Shown: in pieces, positions 24,636 through 36,849 of the stretch | Numbering within the stretch: the stretch's first letter is position 1 | Layout of the letters: each line of letters begins with the position of its first letter | Source of the DNA: Asterionella formosa | Taxonomy: Eukaryota | Assembly (NCBI GenBank): GCA_002256025.1 | Contig: NKIB01010963.1 | Location: forward strand, 1-64,000 | Direction of reading: 5' to 3' | DNA: 64,000 nt | Notes under the pieces: model-generated | What the model was told of the DNA's origin: nothing | The model's database searches: none | The model's input: only the letters and a program-made list of their open reading frames with translations | Program-made: the position numbers and the translations under genes

Positions 24636-25038
24636 AGCCAAGAAAAAGCTCATAATGTTAAAGAATATCAACTTTCAAGTAGTTCTTTCATAGGTTCCTG
24701 ACGTGACCCTGTCATGGTCATGTTTACTGGTGTGTAGGAAATGTGCAAGGAATACGTCTGTGTTTCAAGGCAATGAGCACTGGCTTGCTTCGTTGGATAT
24801 AGTATAGAAGCAAGTACCCAGCGTCTGCAGTTAGTGGATTGTTACCAGTTCAAGGAAAATGGGAAAACAAATGGTTGTGTCTTCTCGTCTCTATGATGCT
24901 TATTGCAAGCAGAACAAGCAGCAGTTATCCAATCAATGACAGTGAAGAAGGTCCTTGCTTTTACAAGAAGTTACATTTCTTGGTTTTTCCCTCTGTTGCT
25001 TGGAGTGTAATAATCCTTGGTACTAGAGCTTTGATTAC

Positions 25039-25767
25039 CTATTGAAATGGAAGGAATCGACCCAGAAGCCCTCGGTTGAGTTTCTTCTTCATACACACCA
25101 GAAGAGTGGGTGCGCTTTCCCATCGTCCCAGAGTAGTGGGTACCATTGTTCTCGCGGTGTTGTCCGTCCATATCTTCCGATATCCTAATTTTTGATACAG
25201 TCTGACAGCGGCTTTGTTTCTTTCTTCCACGTACAAATAAACTTCATCGTATCCCCATTGCTTCCTCGCTATTTCCTCTACTTCCTTGACCAGATCTTCC
25301 GCGATCCCTCGTCGCCGAAATTGTTTGCCGACGGCAACGTTGCTCATTAGTGGTGCCCGTGTCGAGCCCCTCCCAGTCTTTCCATTGTCGGGTATTTCTT
25401 CTACCCCGATAGCACATACTCCCATCATTTCGTTGTTGGCATTCCGAGCAAGCACTAACTCGGATTGCCGTTGTCCCGATACAGCGCCGTATCGCTTACG
25501 GAATTCCATAGTCTGACTTACTAGTATTTGCGTACGCTGCTTGTCCGTCAGTTTCTTGGTACCTCCACCGACCTTGGATTCCCAAAAGGCACCCACGAAG
25601 AAATCAGCTGCTTCTGTCAGCACTTTATCATCACCAAGAGAAGGAGCTGTCTTGACAACGCCCTTAAACAAGACAGCGCCAATTCCAAGGATAGGAGGAG
25701 ACGAGAGGGCCGTCGTTCGAGCTACAAGGAGGGGCAGCGAAACGACGAGATGACAAATTGATTTCAT
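25039..25767 (-). CDS. GNAT-family N-acetyltransferase with an N-terminal signal or targeting peptide
   Basis: MSNVAVGKQFRRRGIAEDL motif A; LYVEERNKAAVRLYQKLGY motif B; first ATG at 25767. Confidence 0.9.
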   Translation of the reverse strand: MKSICHLVVSLPLLVARTTALSSPPILGIGAVLFKGVVKTAPSLGDDKVLTEAADFFVGAFWESKVGGGTKKLTDKQRTQILVSQTMEFRKRYGAVSGQRQSELVLARNANNEMMGVCAIGVEEIPDNGKTGRGSTRAPLMSNVAVGKQFRRRGIAEDLVKEVEEIARKQWGYDEVYLYVEERNKAAVRLYQKLGYRKIWTDNTARTMVPTTLGRWESAPTLLVCMKKKLNRGLLGRFLPFQ

Positions 25768-26999
25768 GTTTCTAGAGGTTCCTTCAAGGCGAATGGTTTG
25801 CAACAAAAGAGAGAATTGATAATCACCGCATATATCAATATAGTGTACCGGTATGCCTATCTGAACATTCTTTGAACATGCTGCCGATGGAATGCAGTGA
25901 GCTCTTGTGTATGTGCGTATAGCCCTTCCGGTATGTATCAGCCATAGAGGGTTGAGGTGGTCTTACCAGGGTACATGGTATCTGGTAGTAAGAACCAGTA
26001 CCCGGAAGGACGTGGTATATTGTATGTACAACAGACTGCACCCCTGGCTGTCGTAAGCAAATGTATAGAGAATCCTATGAGTCGAGGATTGGTGGGTATT
26101 CTTTATGAAGTGATCATAATAAATTGAAAGCAAGGCATGAAATGTTGATGTCTCAATGAGATGCTCACTTATGTACTATTGCTGTCAAGTAAATTGAGAT
26201 GCTCATTCTTTGACAATGCAAACGAGCAAGATCACATCAATGTGATCAGGGAAAGTGTGAGATTGATGTCTTGTTTGGGATTGCTTGAGAATTCAAGCTA
26301 GAACAAGATTTAGACTATTTGATGAATTGCTAGCAATATTGCAAAATCAAAAAGTCAATATATACAAGCTACCAACACTTTTTTAACAACTTCCATATGA
26401 GAAGGTGGCCACCCTTCAATCCCCCCACCTTAAATGAGCAATGGAGCACAATCCAGACAATTCTAGAAATTGTCAAAAGTCAACTCTGAAAGAAAGGTTT
26501 CCTAATAATCATGTCGATTGCGAAGCTATTACTATTCTTTCGGTCAGGCTTGCTTTGTTAGCTGTGTGAAGGACTTCCTAGTGATATGTGGCATCAAAAG
26601 TCCACAATCCTTAAGTGCATATTGAGTCCATCTCTCTGTTACCTTGCTGGAATATGAACACACAACCCGAGCGTGAATTACAATTGGAGTGAAACCAAAG
26701 ATGAGATGTACTTGCCGGAGCTCTGACTCCTTCGATATAAGTAGAAAAGGGGTAGTCCACGGGATAGCCACTGTTAAGTGGTATGCAACAAAATGAATGA
26801 TTTCAATAGGTCCTTTGCCAATGCAACAGTTTCAGCTTGGCAGCATATCAAGCAACGATATGCGACTGCTGGTTACTATCAGATGCACATTAAATTTTGT
26901 GGCTCTCGACCTCCTCCAGCCAGCATCGATTCCATTACATCCTCCTCTTACGAATTAACCAGTCAAATGGTGGGATTTGGGTTATATTTACCAAGCCAT

Positions 27000-27967
27000 T
27001 TAATTTCCAGTCAACAATCGATCAGCAGCTCGTTCGACACTGTTGTGTGATTGCTGCAAGGCTCGTAGAACCGCTTCGCGTTCAAACCCCATGGAAGTAA
27101 GTTGTTCAATAGATGATTCGTCTGGTGGAGGAAGCTGTTGAAACATTGGTTCTTGTGCTGGTCGCTGGAATGGTACACCAGCATTATTGGCTACGGGTAC
27201 CGCTCTGTTTGCAGGCGTCTGTCGGACAGCCACAATGTCTGTAGGACTATCGATGAAACGTCCAAAGATGACAGCGCCGACGCTGACAACAGCGTCCGGG
27301 AGATCCAAGTCAATCATAGGGCTCTGGCATGCCAAATAACTGGCGAGCATTCCGCAAATGGAAGGAATGAGCGAGGCATAACCTCGATAAAATATAGCTT
27401 GGGTCCCTAATGCATATTGCAAAGATTTTTCAGAAAAATGAAATCCTAGCATTCCAAAGAATCGTGGATGCAGACGAGGCGTATAGGTGTGGAATAGCCA
27501 AAGCATAGCGCCTAGAGTAGGGTATGGGCCTGAATACCTGAGACCATCCTCCATGAGCAATTGAGCCACGAAAACCTGAAGTACTATCGAAGATAATGTA
27601 ACAATGCCCAGAAATACCAAGAACTTGCGCGAACCCATTTCGCGCTCAAACCTCCTCAAGAGAGGAACAAGAGTCACCAATCCAAAGATCAGTTCACCGT
27701 TTGTTGCAAACGTGAGAGTTCCTGTTAGCAACCGATAGAACTGACCATCGTAAATCGCCTTGTTTGTATCTGCAGAAATTGGATGAGTGGTGAAAGGAGA
27801 CGTCGCACGCACTTGCCATGGGTAACATAGCACTTACCAAAGGCAAGGCCCTCATGAGCGTCCTGCGTTTCCATCAACACATATGACAGGACCATTGAAA
27901 CTGTCAGTGTTTTGGTCACTGGCGATCCAAGGAACCAGCCTTGCTGAACAGGCTGTGTATTCGCCAT
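27000..27967 (-). CDS. UBAC2: Rhomboid-like pseudoprotease with a C-terminal UBA domain (UBAC2/Dsc2-like); exons 27967-27838 and 27769-27000
   Basis: SPVTKTL, GQFYRLLT, RRFEREMGSRKF, SGPY, FSEKSLQY; UBA IEQLTSMGFEREAVLRALQQSHNSVERAADRL; GTAAGT..TGCAG intron 27837-27770. Confidence 0.9.
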
Positions 27968-28599
27968 TGGTGGAGCGCGACACGAGGATGGGAGCGAAGC
28001 AAATTCAGCAAGTAGGACAGGACAAGGCCAGATTGTTGTCGACATAAGCGAGCAGAATTGGACTGGCGGAGATGTAATTAACAGCGGCCAGCAAGCTCCT
28101 CAGCAATGGGCGGCTGATGCTCGTACCTGTGATGCATGCAAGTTGTGGTCATTTGCTGAAATGGATTGACGCAGGACAGACGTTGAAATTACATAGAAAA
28201 CGTCATCAATTCATAGTCTACCTGGTACAAGACCGTATGTATGATCACCAACTAAATGGTGATGTCATAGGTTTTATGCCAATTTCTTCCAAACAAGAAA
28301 ATGTTAAAATTTGGGCAAATGGCTTAAAAAAAGCAAATGACAATGATGGGTAAAAGCGGCCCAACACAAAAGTAAGAAAAGTAAGCAAGTGTTGCTTATG
28401 TTGCATTGCTCTCTCAAATCTCAAATCATTCTCTTTTTGGCCAAAGTGCTGATGAAAGAATAAAGCAAAGTAAGCAACCTGAGAATAAAGCAAAGTAAGC
28501 AACACTTGCTTACTGTTGCTTTATTGTGAGTATACCTGTATACTAGTACATACCCGGTTATTTGGTGATATGAAGTAGGGAAAACACTAGTATGTGTTT

Positions 28600-28890
28600 C
28601 CTTGAGTGCACTTTCAAATATTTGCCGAGTTGCTGGGTCATTTATATATGACAAATAATCACCGGTATACCGGTATATACATGGAGCGATGTAGAATGTT
28701 TATGTATACTATATTTAGCGAATTCGACAAGGAATCTATGTACATATGCGCAAATTTCCACTGATTTAAAATTTTCAAATGGAATCATGTATTCAAAAAT
28801 AGCTCCATTAAATTCGTAGTTCCAGGGGTTTTTCAGCAAGCAACCCTTAGCAATATTTTATTTTTTGCCTTGGGGTTGAAATGCAGGAAC
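28600..28890. mobile_element. Partial copy 3 of the 1-kb TIR element (one end only)
   Basis: Collinear with about 21459-21732 and ends GGGGTTGAAATGCAGGAAC. Confidence 0.85.
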
Positions 28891-29749
28891 AAAGTGCTGG
28901 CAATGCGCTGATTACCGGATCTTCGTGAGCCTCCCGTAGGTTGCTGAACTGCCCTGTACATTTTTGTCCGCCCGAGGTGGCACCAGACACGCAATATCTT
29001 TCTAGACATAGACAAAGTAACACCATACTATAATTCTGGGTTTTTTGCGGCGGAAATTGAATGATTCTACTATTAGAAACTACCGATAATACCGGTAGCT
29101 ACTACCGCATACTATTTATTAATCATGTCAATAACAAGATCAACAACAATCAATGGCCACCGCAATGGGGAGTTGCTTGGGCTGAATGCTTACAACAATG
29201 CACCAACAAGTTTCATGCTGTTGAATAACGCTCAAGCTAAAAACATGTCCCGACAAGCGCTTCAGCTCAGCAGCAAGTAACATGATTGAACAAGCGCAAT
29301 CATCACCACGAAGCTGATCATACAAAAGACGAACCGCAGCAAATTCAGCTGCACTGTTGCTAGGCTACTTGCCTAAATGAAAATTTTGTTTTTCAGTAGA
29401 AGACAATCCTCATCCGTCAATGAACCTTCTATATCGGAATAATGACTGTCGAAAGAATGAAAATTAGCTTTCCAGCCAGCGCAGAATGTTACTGGTGTCG
29501 ATGCCATACTTATGTGCAACAGCTTTGATGTTGCTGTGGAGTTCCCATGATGCTTTACCACCCATGATGTCGTTCTTTTCTTACAAGGTGATGAACTTTC
29601 TCAAACAGTGATCATGTTAATGAATGTTGGAAAAATGCGCGCCATCCTGTAGAACTAATAAAATCAACATAGGACCAGTATAGGGGAAATCTCTCCGTTT
29701 TCCAGAAATCAGTCAAATTCACTCAAGGCAGTGTTCATTGCGGGGTCCA

Positions 29750-30402
29750 GGGAGGTCCAGGGAGGTCCAGTAGCCCACATCTTATGCGCAACTTTTCAGG
29801 TATAATTCACTCCCAATGATTTGTCCCATTCCTGCGAGACGAGATAGGCCAGTTTTTGATGAAAATAATATTCCTAAAGTAATATAGAATAAGTAACTCC
29901 TATTAACCGATGACAATTGGCAGAATCAAACTCTGAACACAACTCGGATTTGCTGCTTGATCAATTGGTTCAGCAAACAGTCTTCTTGCTTCAGAATACA
30001 AATAGGAATCTTTCTAAATTTAGAACTTGCTAACATAGAACTTGCTGACTACAACTAGAATCTGCTGACTATGAATAGAATTTGCTCACTACGAATAGAA
30101 TTTGCTCACTATGACTAGAACTTGAGGGCAAATTTGAATAGATTTTCTGAATGACCCTTCTGCAAATGAAATTCCGGAGCATGAACATACACAACTATGT
30201 AGAGACTACCAGTACTATATTCCCACTAATAGCCGTGCTAATACTGCTAGGTTTGTGTGAACATACAGCACGTTGTATATACAGTCACGTATAATCATAA
30301 ATGATGCAACAGCGTACCAGGTACAGACATTTTTGCAAAAAAATCATACATATCTCATATGTATACCGATACTATGGCTACATAGGATATACGCTCCGGG
30401 TA
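29750..30402. repeat. Dispersed repeat, copy 2, inverted relative to 20330-21860 and lacking the TIR insertion
   Basis: Reverse-complement match including the 21-bp sub-array; carries about 140 extra bp at 30172-30313. Confidence 0.85.
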
Positions 30403-31214
30403 GAAGCAAGTTGCTGTAGATTTGCTTATCTAAGGATTTAGCTTTCTTTATCCGATATTTAATTTATTAGAATTGCAAAATGACCGCATCTGGTTGTTGT
30501 ACCTGCAAGTCCTGGTCATTTTCCAGGAACGGACAACGTGTTACCGGACAGCGACATATTTTATCATTTATAAAGAACATCTTCTATTCATATCACGATT
30601 CAGCGAAATAAATAGCGGAATTCTTCTAATTGCAAAGACGAGAACACACAGCAAATGACTATGACTTTCAGGAAATTCCTATGAATTGTAAGAAATGAGT
30701 ATGACATTCAGGAATCTTAAGGAAACTTCAGGAAACGTATGTTCTTATGGAAATGCATTGAATTTCCAGAAGTCTCCAAAATTAGTCTTTTCTGGTCAAA
30801 GTGAAAAACCGCACATCCTTGGTTCTGGATTTAAAGAACCGTACAAGATTCCCTACCGGTTATAGTTACCGGTAGGATCATTTGAACGACCAGTACTTCA
30901 AATTTTTTGGGCTCTGTCCCATTGTTTCAACATTTGCTTCTCCGTCTACTACATCCATTTTCTCAATTAAAAATATGTAAAGGTAGATTCTAAGATTTCG
31001 TATCATGAGAACAGAACGAGGAGAAACAGGAATAGCTGCCGTAAAATAAGCAAGTCAAGATAGGAATGCAGAATTCAATGATAGTACGAGGCCGAACTTG
31101 GCAATCAAGCTACTATAGAATACGTGGTACCAGGTAGTCTATGTAGAGTGATGAGATCATGTCGATAATTCTATGTGGTTTTTCAACACTACGCAATGGC
31201 TCTTCGGGGCAATA

Positions 31215-31880
31215 TTATGCAGCAGGTGCCAAACTGGGCTCTTCCAACAAGACATTAAGTAGGAAGCCATCACAATCGTTTTGCTCCAAAAATGAGCTAA
31301 GGCGACCACTATGGTTCAACAATATCAATCCGACTGAGAGCTGATCGAAAAATTGTCGAGCAGCGCCGAAATTGAATCCTTCCATGCAAATCTGACCAAC
31401 GTTATTCAAGATTGCCAAATCAAGAATGCCAATTTTGGTTGCTGCCTTTCTCGATCGGATAGCAGAAGCAATTTCGTAAAACTTCATCGCCGTTGCCAGA
31501 GACTTGGAGCCATCCTCGTTTCCTATCAAATGGAATGAAAGACCTAAATTGTATACGATAGCCGCCGATTCGTCGTTACCCTCTGGTTTTTCTCTTTGTT
31601 TAGGTGCGGAAATATAAAGGGCCCTGCTATAAAGAAATGAAAGTCCGAATTGGTGAGGGGTTTCGTGAAGTGCACATCTTGGATTGTCTGACCAAAGAAA
31701 TTTAACGGTCGATTCTTCCCCGTCGACGCATTCCACTTCGCCATGTAGTGTAATCACATCCGTCATTGTGTCAAGAGCACGCTTGAAATATGCGTGAGCG
31801 ACATTAAATGAGCCGTCTTCGAGACAAGAAACTCCTTCGTTGTTGAGTTCAACTGCATTCTGGTAATTCGATGGGGTCAT
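31215..31880 (-). CDS. Diatom-type TPR-like protein; paralog of 48238-48906
   Basis: AVELNNEGV, SAAIVYNLGLSFHL, LAILNNVGQI, DCDGFLLNVLLEEPSLAPAA; first ATG at 31880. Confidence 0.85.
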   Translation of the reverse strand: MTPSNYQNAVELNNEGVSCLEDGSFNVAHAYFKRALDTMTDVITLHGEVECVDGEESTVKFLWSDNPRCALHETPHQFGLSFLYSRALYISAPKQREKPEGNDESAAIVYNLGLSFHLIGNEDGSKSLATAMKFYEIASAIRSRKAATKIGILDLAILNNVGQICMEGFNFGAARQFFDQLSVGLILLNHSGRLSSFLEQNDCDGFLLNVLLEEPSLAPAA

Positions 31881-32651
31881 GTTGCACAATTGCTTCTACA
31901 AATGGAACTTTTACTTTGCGTTTTAAGTGTCAGTTTGCTTCGTTTCAATTATGAGCGCAACAAGCCTGGTGGTGCCGTCAATGAGGGTGGCATACGAAAA
32001 GATTATACACGACCATTGATGTCCCGTGCAAATCCCGGGCTCGACTCGAAAATATACCGCTTTATTACATGAAGTAATGCTGAGCGATGTTCGGGAATTT
32101 GTGTTGACAATGACTGCTGGGCATGGGTTTTTTTGTCACAAGCGGATAAGGTCATTTAGGACGTTTACTAAGCGAAGTGGAACATACATAACATCACTTA
32201 TGCCATCTTTGTCGTACATTCAGGACCAACAACTTGTCGATCAAAATTGCTACACTTTGTACATACCACTGCCCTGGTTTCTTTGTCTTTGCTATCCATA
32301 TATGAATATATAGCCAGTCAAAGATAGATAAATTGTATCGGACAAGAAAAGAATTTCATACCGCAGCCGGCCGATCATTTCGCGATCAGCAAGGGCTGGT
32401 ACCCTGGTACCAGGTACCTGGCTGATACCTGGTGGCCGATATGCCGGTAGGCATGAGGATGGGTTGTCGATTTATATACTGTACAGTGTATGGAAAAGAA
32501 GGCAAGTCAATGCGGTACTGGTTGTGCATTTGCAAAGATTGTGAATGAACTACCGGGTACCAGGTACCGGTATATGACGCTATATGATGACTGAATAAAG
32601 AAAAGAACAATGTATTTTTTGGTGTTCTCATTGTTTTTTTCCTATTATTAT

Positions 32652-33706
32652 GGCTCCTGCATTTAAACCCTAAGGCAAAAATTAAAATATTGCTTAGGGT
32701 TGCAGAAAAAACCTGGAACGAAGAATTTATAGTAGCTATTTTTGGATGACATGATTCCGTTTGAAATATTCAAATCAGTTGAAATTTGCGTGTACATACA
32801 TAGATTCCTTTTTGGATGGCTAAATATATATATAGACATTGTACCTCACTGTATGTATATATACCAACGATTATTTTTCTTTTATATGTACGACCCGGCG
32901 GCTCGGCAAATATTTGAAAGTGCAATCAACGAGTGGTACGAAGTACCACAAGTACGATTTCCAATGATGATAATCCCCTGGCACCCGAACTGGATGGATG
33001 CAGTACCGGCCTACCGGTGCACCCAAAGAAATGTTACATGTGTATCCAATGTGGCCGTTGTGGGTTTGCAATTCGTCGGACAATGAAACGGAGGAGACTA
33101 TTTCGCCATAGCCAATCAGTACATCTAGAATACTGCGCGCACTTACAATGGAATTTTCGGTACTGGAAATTTTACGAATAAATATTGCATCACAAGACTG
33201 CCATTCCAATGATGACGTTTTGGCGCTAAGTGATTCTGATTCCGATATTTTGGAGACGGTAGAAAAGGCCGATTTTGTCGAATTTTTGGACAACGATAGC
33301 TCAACGTTGGCTGGGTCTGAAACCGATTTAGATACATAGGTAACCTTCAAATAGCATCAGTATATAACTTCTGGGGAGAAACTGCAGAAAGGAACTTCGG
33401 TTCTTTTACCATGCCAAATAAAGTGATTTCCCCCAATTTCAAGTCTTTATAGCATAGTTAAAAAACCGAAGTTCCTTTCTGCACTTTCTCGCCAGATCCA
33501 ATATCCTGACGATATATAGCGTTGACAAATACCCATACTTTTGTAAATGACTGTATCTAAGCATATGGAAAGGGTGTATATTGGTGAAAGCTCCACCGTT
33601 CAGCGATACACATTTGTGTTTTACTCATAAGAAGTGTGTTTGCGTACTCTGACTCAATATTATTTTTTTGACACTACCTCTAAACTAGGGTTGAAATGCA
33701 GGAACC
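32652..33706. mobile_element. Non-autonomous TIR DNA transposon (1055 bp), copy 2, inverted relative to copy 1
   Basis: Ends GGCTCCTGCATTTAAACCCT and AGGGTTGAAATGCAGGAACC; internally collinear with 20703-21733. Confidence 0.9.
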
Positions 33707-33729
33707 ATAAGGTTGTGGCCCCGCAGTTA

Positions 33730-33844
33730 CACATTGCAAGGTCCATTTTTTCCCAAAATAATTATATGATGTACCTTAATCCTCACATTGCGAGGTCCGT
33801 TTTTCCCCAAAATAATTATATGATGTACCTTAATCCTCACATTG
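33730..33844. repeat. 54-bp tandem duplication
   Basis: CACATTGC.AGGTCC.TTTTT.CCCAAAATAATTATATGATGTACCTTAATCCT present twice. Confidence 0.9.
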
Positions 33845-34562
33845 AGCACAAGTAAATAAAATAGTTGAAGGTAAAATTAGCTTTCACTAATACAACCACT
33901 TTGCACATGCATAGAAAAAATCATGGGTCGACTTAGTGGTATGTTCTATCTTCGGATATGGTAAGGACCTCATTTCTGGAAAGAAACTGCAGTTATGTAT
34001 CGTAGAATCGTAACTATCGCAAAAATAGTCAAAAAAGGGCTACAAAGCTTTTCTAAAAATCTAAGATACATAACTGCAGTTTCTCTCCAGAAGTTAACTC
34101 CTGACGTTATAGGGTACACGGCTATCTATTTTTATCGTAATGAAACCCTGTAGATGTAGAGCAATCCTCTTCCAAGAACGTCGCCTCGATTTTGCTTTTT
34201 CAACAGTCGCCAAAATATTGGAATCGGAATTGTTAGTACGTGCAAAAACGTTCTCATAGACTTAGGGTCTTGCGTAGGTATGTTTTGCTGAATAATTCTC
34301 TGTCCGAAAAGACTCCAGGGTAAGTTCCCGCGTCACTACACGTTTTCTGATTGGTTGAATTGAGTTTACTCACCTGCTCCAGATTGGCTGAAGTATTCCG
34401 GTCTTGTAAAATCACGCCAGCCACACTTGAACCAAACGTATTAGATGTACCATACCGGTACACCAGTTACTTCTGTCTTCCATCATCATGAACCAAGAAT
34501 ATGTACTATCAGGTACCAGTACCAGGTAAACCGGTACTCTGGTCCTTTGGTACCACTTAAAA

Positions 34563-36799
34563 ACTGTAAGCCACCGTCATTTTACTCTATCTTTCGACTA
34601 AAAATATTTATGTAATTCAACAATCAAAAGTTGACGCAAGTACAAAGCTTGTGTTATACAACGCTCTTTGCTATACTATTAAGGAATCAGTTTTGATTCA
34701 GTGTACCTAGCCATGAAGAAATAATTTTTCCAAAGTCACTAAGATAATTGCATAGCGATGGCTTACAGTGCATATTTTTCTATTTGTACATGTACATATT
34801 TCCCCCCAAACCGTGTTTATTTTTACTCCGTTAATACTACAAAAATTATTTTCTTATTACTTTATGTTTTACACTTTTGCAGGGCATCATCGTTGGAGAA
34901 TTCTTCTGACCCATTATATTAATCTCGAGCTTCTTTGCATCCAATTACTTGCTTGCGGAGTCTCAAACTTCATCACGGAATGGTGGATCGGCAGTATCAG
35001 TTGTAGAAGGAGAGGGAATAGCAACAGGAGGAGGTGCAGTAACAACAACCACAGCAATAGCAAGTGTATGGAGAGGGAATGGAGGCTGCTGGTCACCACA
35101 GTGATTGGTGTCGTCGAATCTTGTAATCAGAGCTTGCCTTGTTTGTAGAACCCGCAAATCACCTGATTGTTTGTACCATCACATCATTAATTTCAATTCT
35201 GGCACAGACATCTGTTCTTTTGTTTTGTTCTGTTCCTTCAATGTAAGTACTTTTCCGCGAAGTGTATTGAATTCTTGTTGCCTTTTTGTTTCTTTTGTAC
35301 TATTGACAATGTCTGAAATTCGCTTCCGTTCCAGTGTAGCAGCAAGAATATTTGGCCCAAGGGCAAAGGTTTTTGCATAGGCCAGTAGTCCTGCTGTTAT
35401 CCTCTTCTTGTGTCCCTCAATGTGTGAATCCGCTGTCTCCTTTCTCTTTATAGCTTGGGCCACCCAGCCGATTCCATTTCGCACATCCTCGCTTTTTCAA
35501 AACTCGTTAATTCTTCCAACAATTGTTCCAGCAAAGCCAAGTTGGAGGTTAAACTCATCAGGAGGGAGAGTGGCAGTCTCTGTGGGCGCATTGATGTTCT
35601 GTTGTGGTTGGGATAGTTGAATCTCAGGGTGAGCGAAGCAAGACACTATAGTTCAGGGGATACCATCCTCATTCATAAATTGCTTTCTTGTTTGTGGCAA
35701 GAATATTTGCAAAGGAATTGTCCCATACCATATTCACCAGTCCAGCAATGTCGACCTTGTTAATTGTAAGCTCTTGCCTGTGATCTGCTTTTAAGGTGAG
35801 CAATTTGCGTTTTGCTTTTGTCTGATGTTCATTTTGAAACAACCGTTTTGCTCACTACTGTCTCCAACCTGCCAGTAGCTTGTACCATAAGGAACACCAA
35901 TACAGACTGTCCAATTGTGTACTGGGTTGTTTATGTATTCAAGGAACAAAATATCAAATCGGGACCCATGTCCATCAAGTATTAGGAATGGTGGGGGCCC
36001 GTTGTTTCGAGGAACATCTGAGTCATCCATGTGCTTTAGTATGCCAACCAGAAGCTCTGCACCAGTGATTGAGCCGTTTCCCGACACACAGCAGTACATA
36101 GGCAACTATTTCCCTTCCAAATCACAGTCTGGTCCTTGTGGATATAGTTTTCCCTTTCCGCTATTGCCATGTATGTTTTCATCTTCTCCGTCCCAAACAG
36201 CAAACGGATCTAGGCCAAGCTTCTACTAGCTCCCTAATCACATTGTTAAGACAAATCTGAACACTGACCAACTCTTCAGGAGACAATTTCTTTCGAGGCA
36301 AGGCAATACCTTGTTGAGGCGCTTTTGAGGTCATGATGTTGGTATTGTGATGGGTGATTGTTGTGTTTGCATTTAATTTTTGTACTCATAATTCGGGCGT
36401 GCCAGGAATTCCTGACCGAAGCGTTTTCCATTAGTGAATTTATCTCTTTATTATGGCGTACGAGCGAACGCGCAATGACGTCGTAGCCATATTAAATAAA
36501 TTTTAGAGGATACTAAATTAGTTTTCTAGCGGAGGAATATTAATATACCTGTATACGTATATAAAAGGTGATGCTTGCTCAATCGAGTAAATGTGAAAAT
36601 ATCCAATTTTCGCAATCTCACGTCGACAGCAAACTTTGGGCGATAATACCTAATTAACAATGTACACAATGCAACAATACAAGTACGGAAGTATTTACTC
36701 GCTATATATATCTGAACAACTCCTTTGTGACAATAAATAGCGTATCTTGTAAACTAAGTTCAAACCGTGCGTTTACTCCGTTTAGCGGTGGCTTACAGT
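34563..36799 (-). mobile_element. Decayed pogo/Fot1-like (DDE_1) DNA transposon; transposase relic at about 34960-36240
   Basis: PFLILDGHGSRF..VCIGVPYGTSYWQVGDSSEQNGCFK core; inverted 14-mers ACTGTAAGCCACCG (34563) and CGGTGGCTTACAGT (36786-36799), with another copy at 34756-34769; boundaries tentative. Confidence 0.7.
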
Positions 36800-36849
36800 T
36801 CAAAAGTCGTCTAATCACGTCATTGTCCTTGGCTGGACGAAATTCTTGA

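Noticed and set aside
26100..26800. Possible decayed retroelement or gene fragment
   Set aside because: All frames I tried were interrupted and gave no diagnostic motif
29140..29600. Hydrophobic minus-strand peptide suggesting a membrane-protein pseudogene
   Set aside because: Could not be assigned to any family by eye
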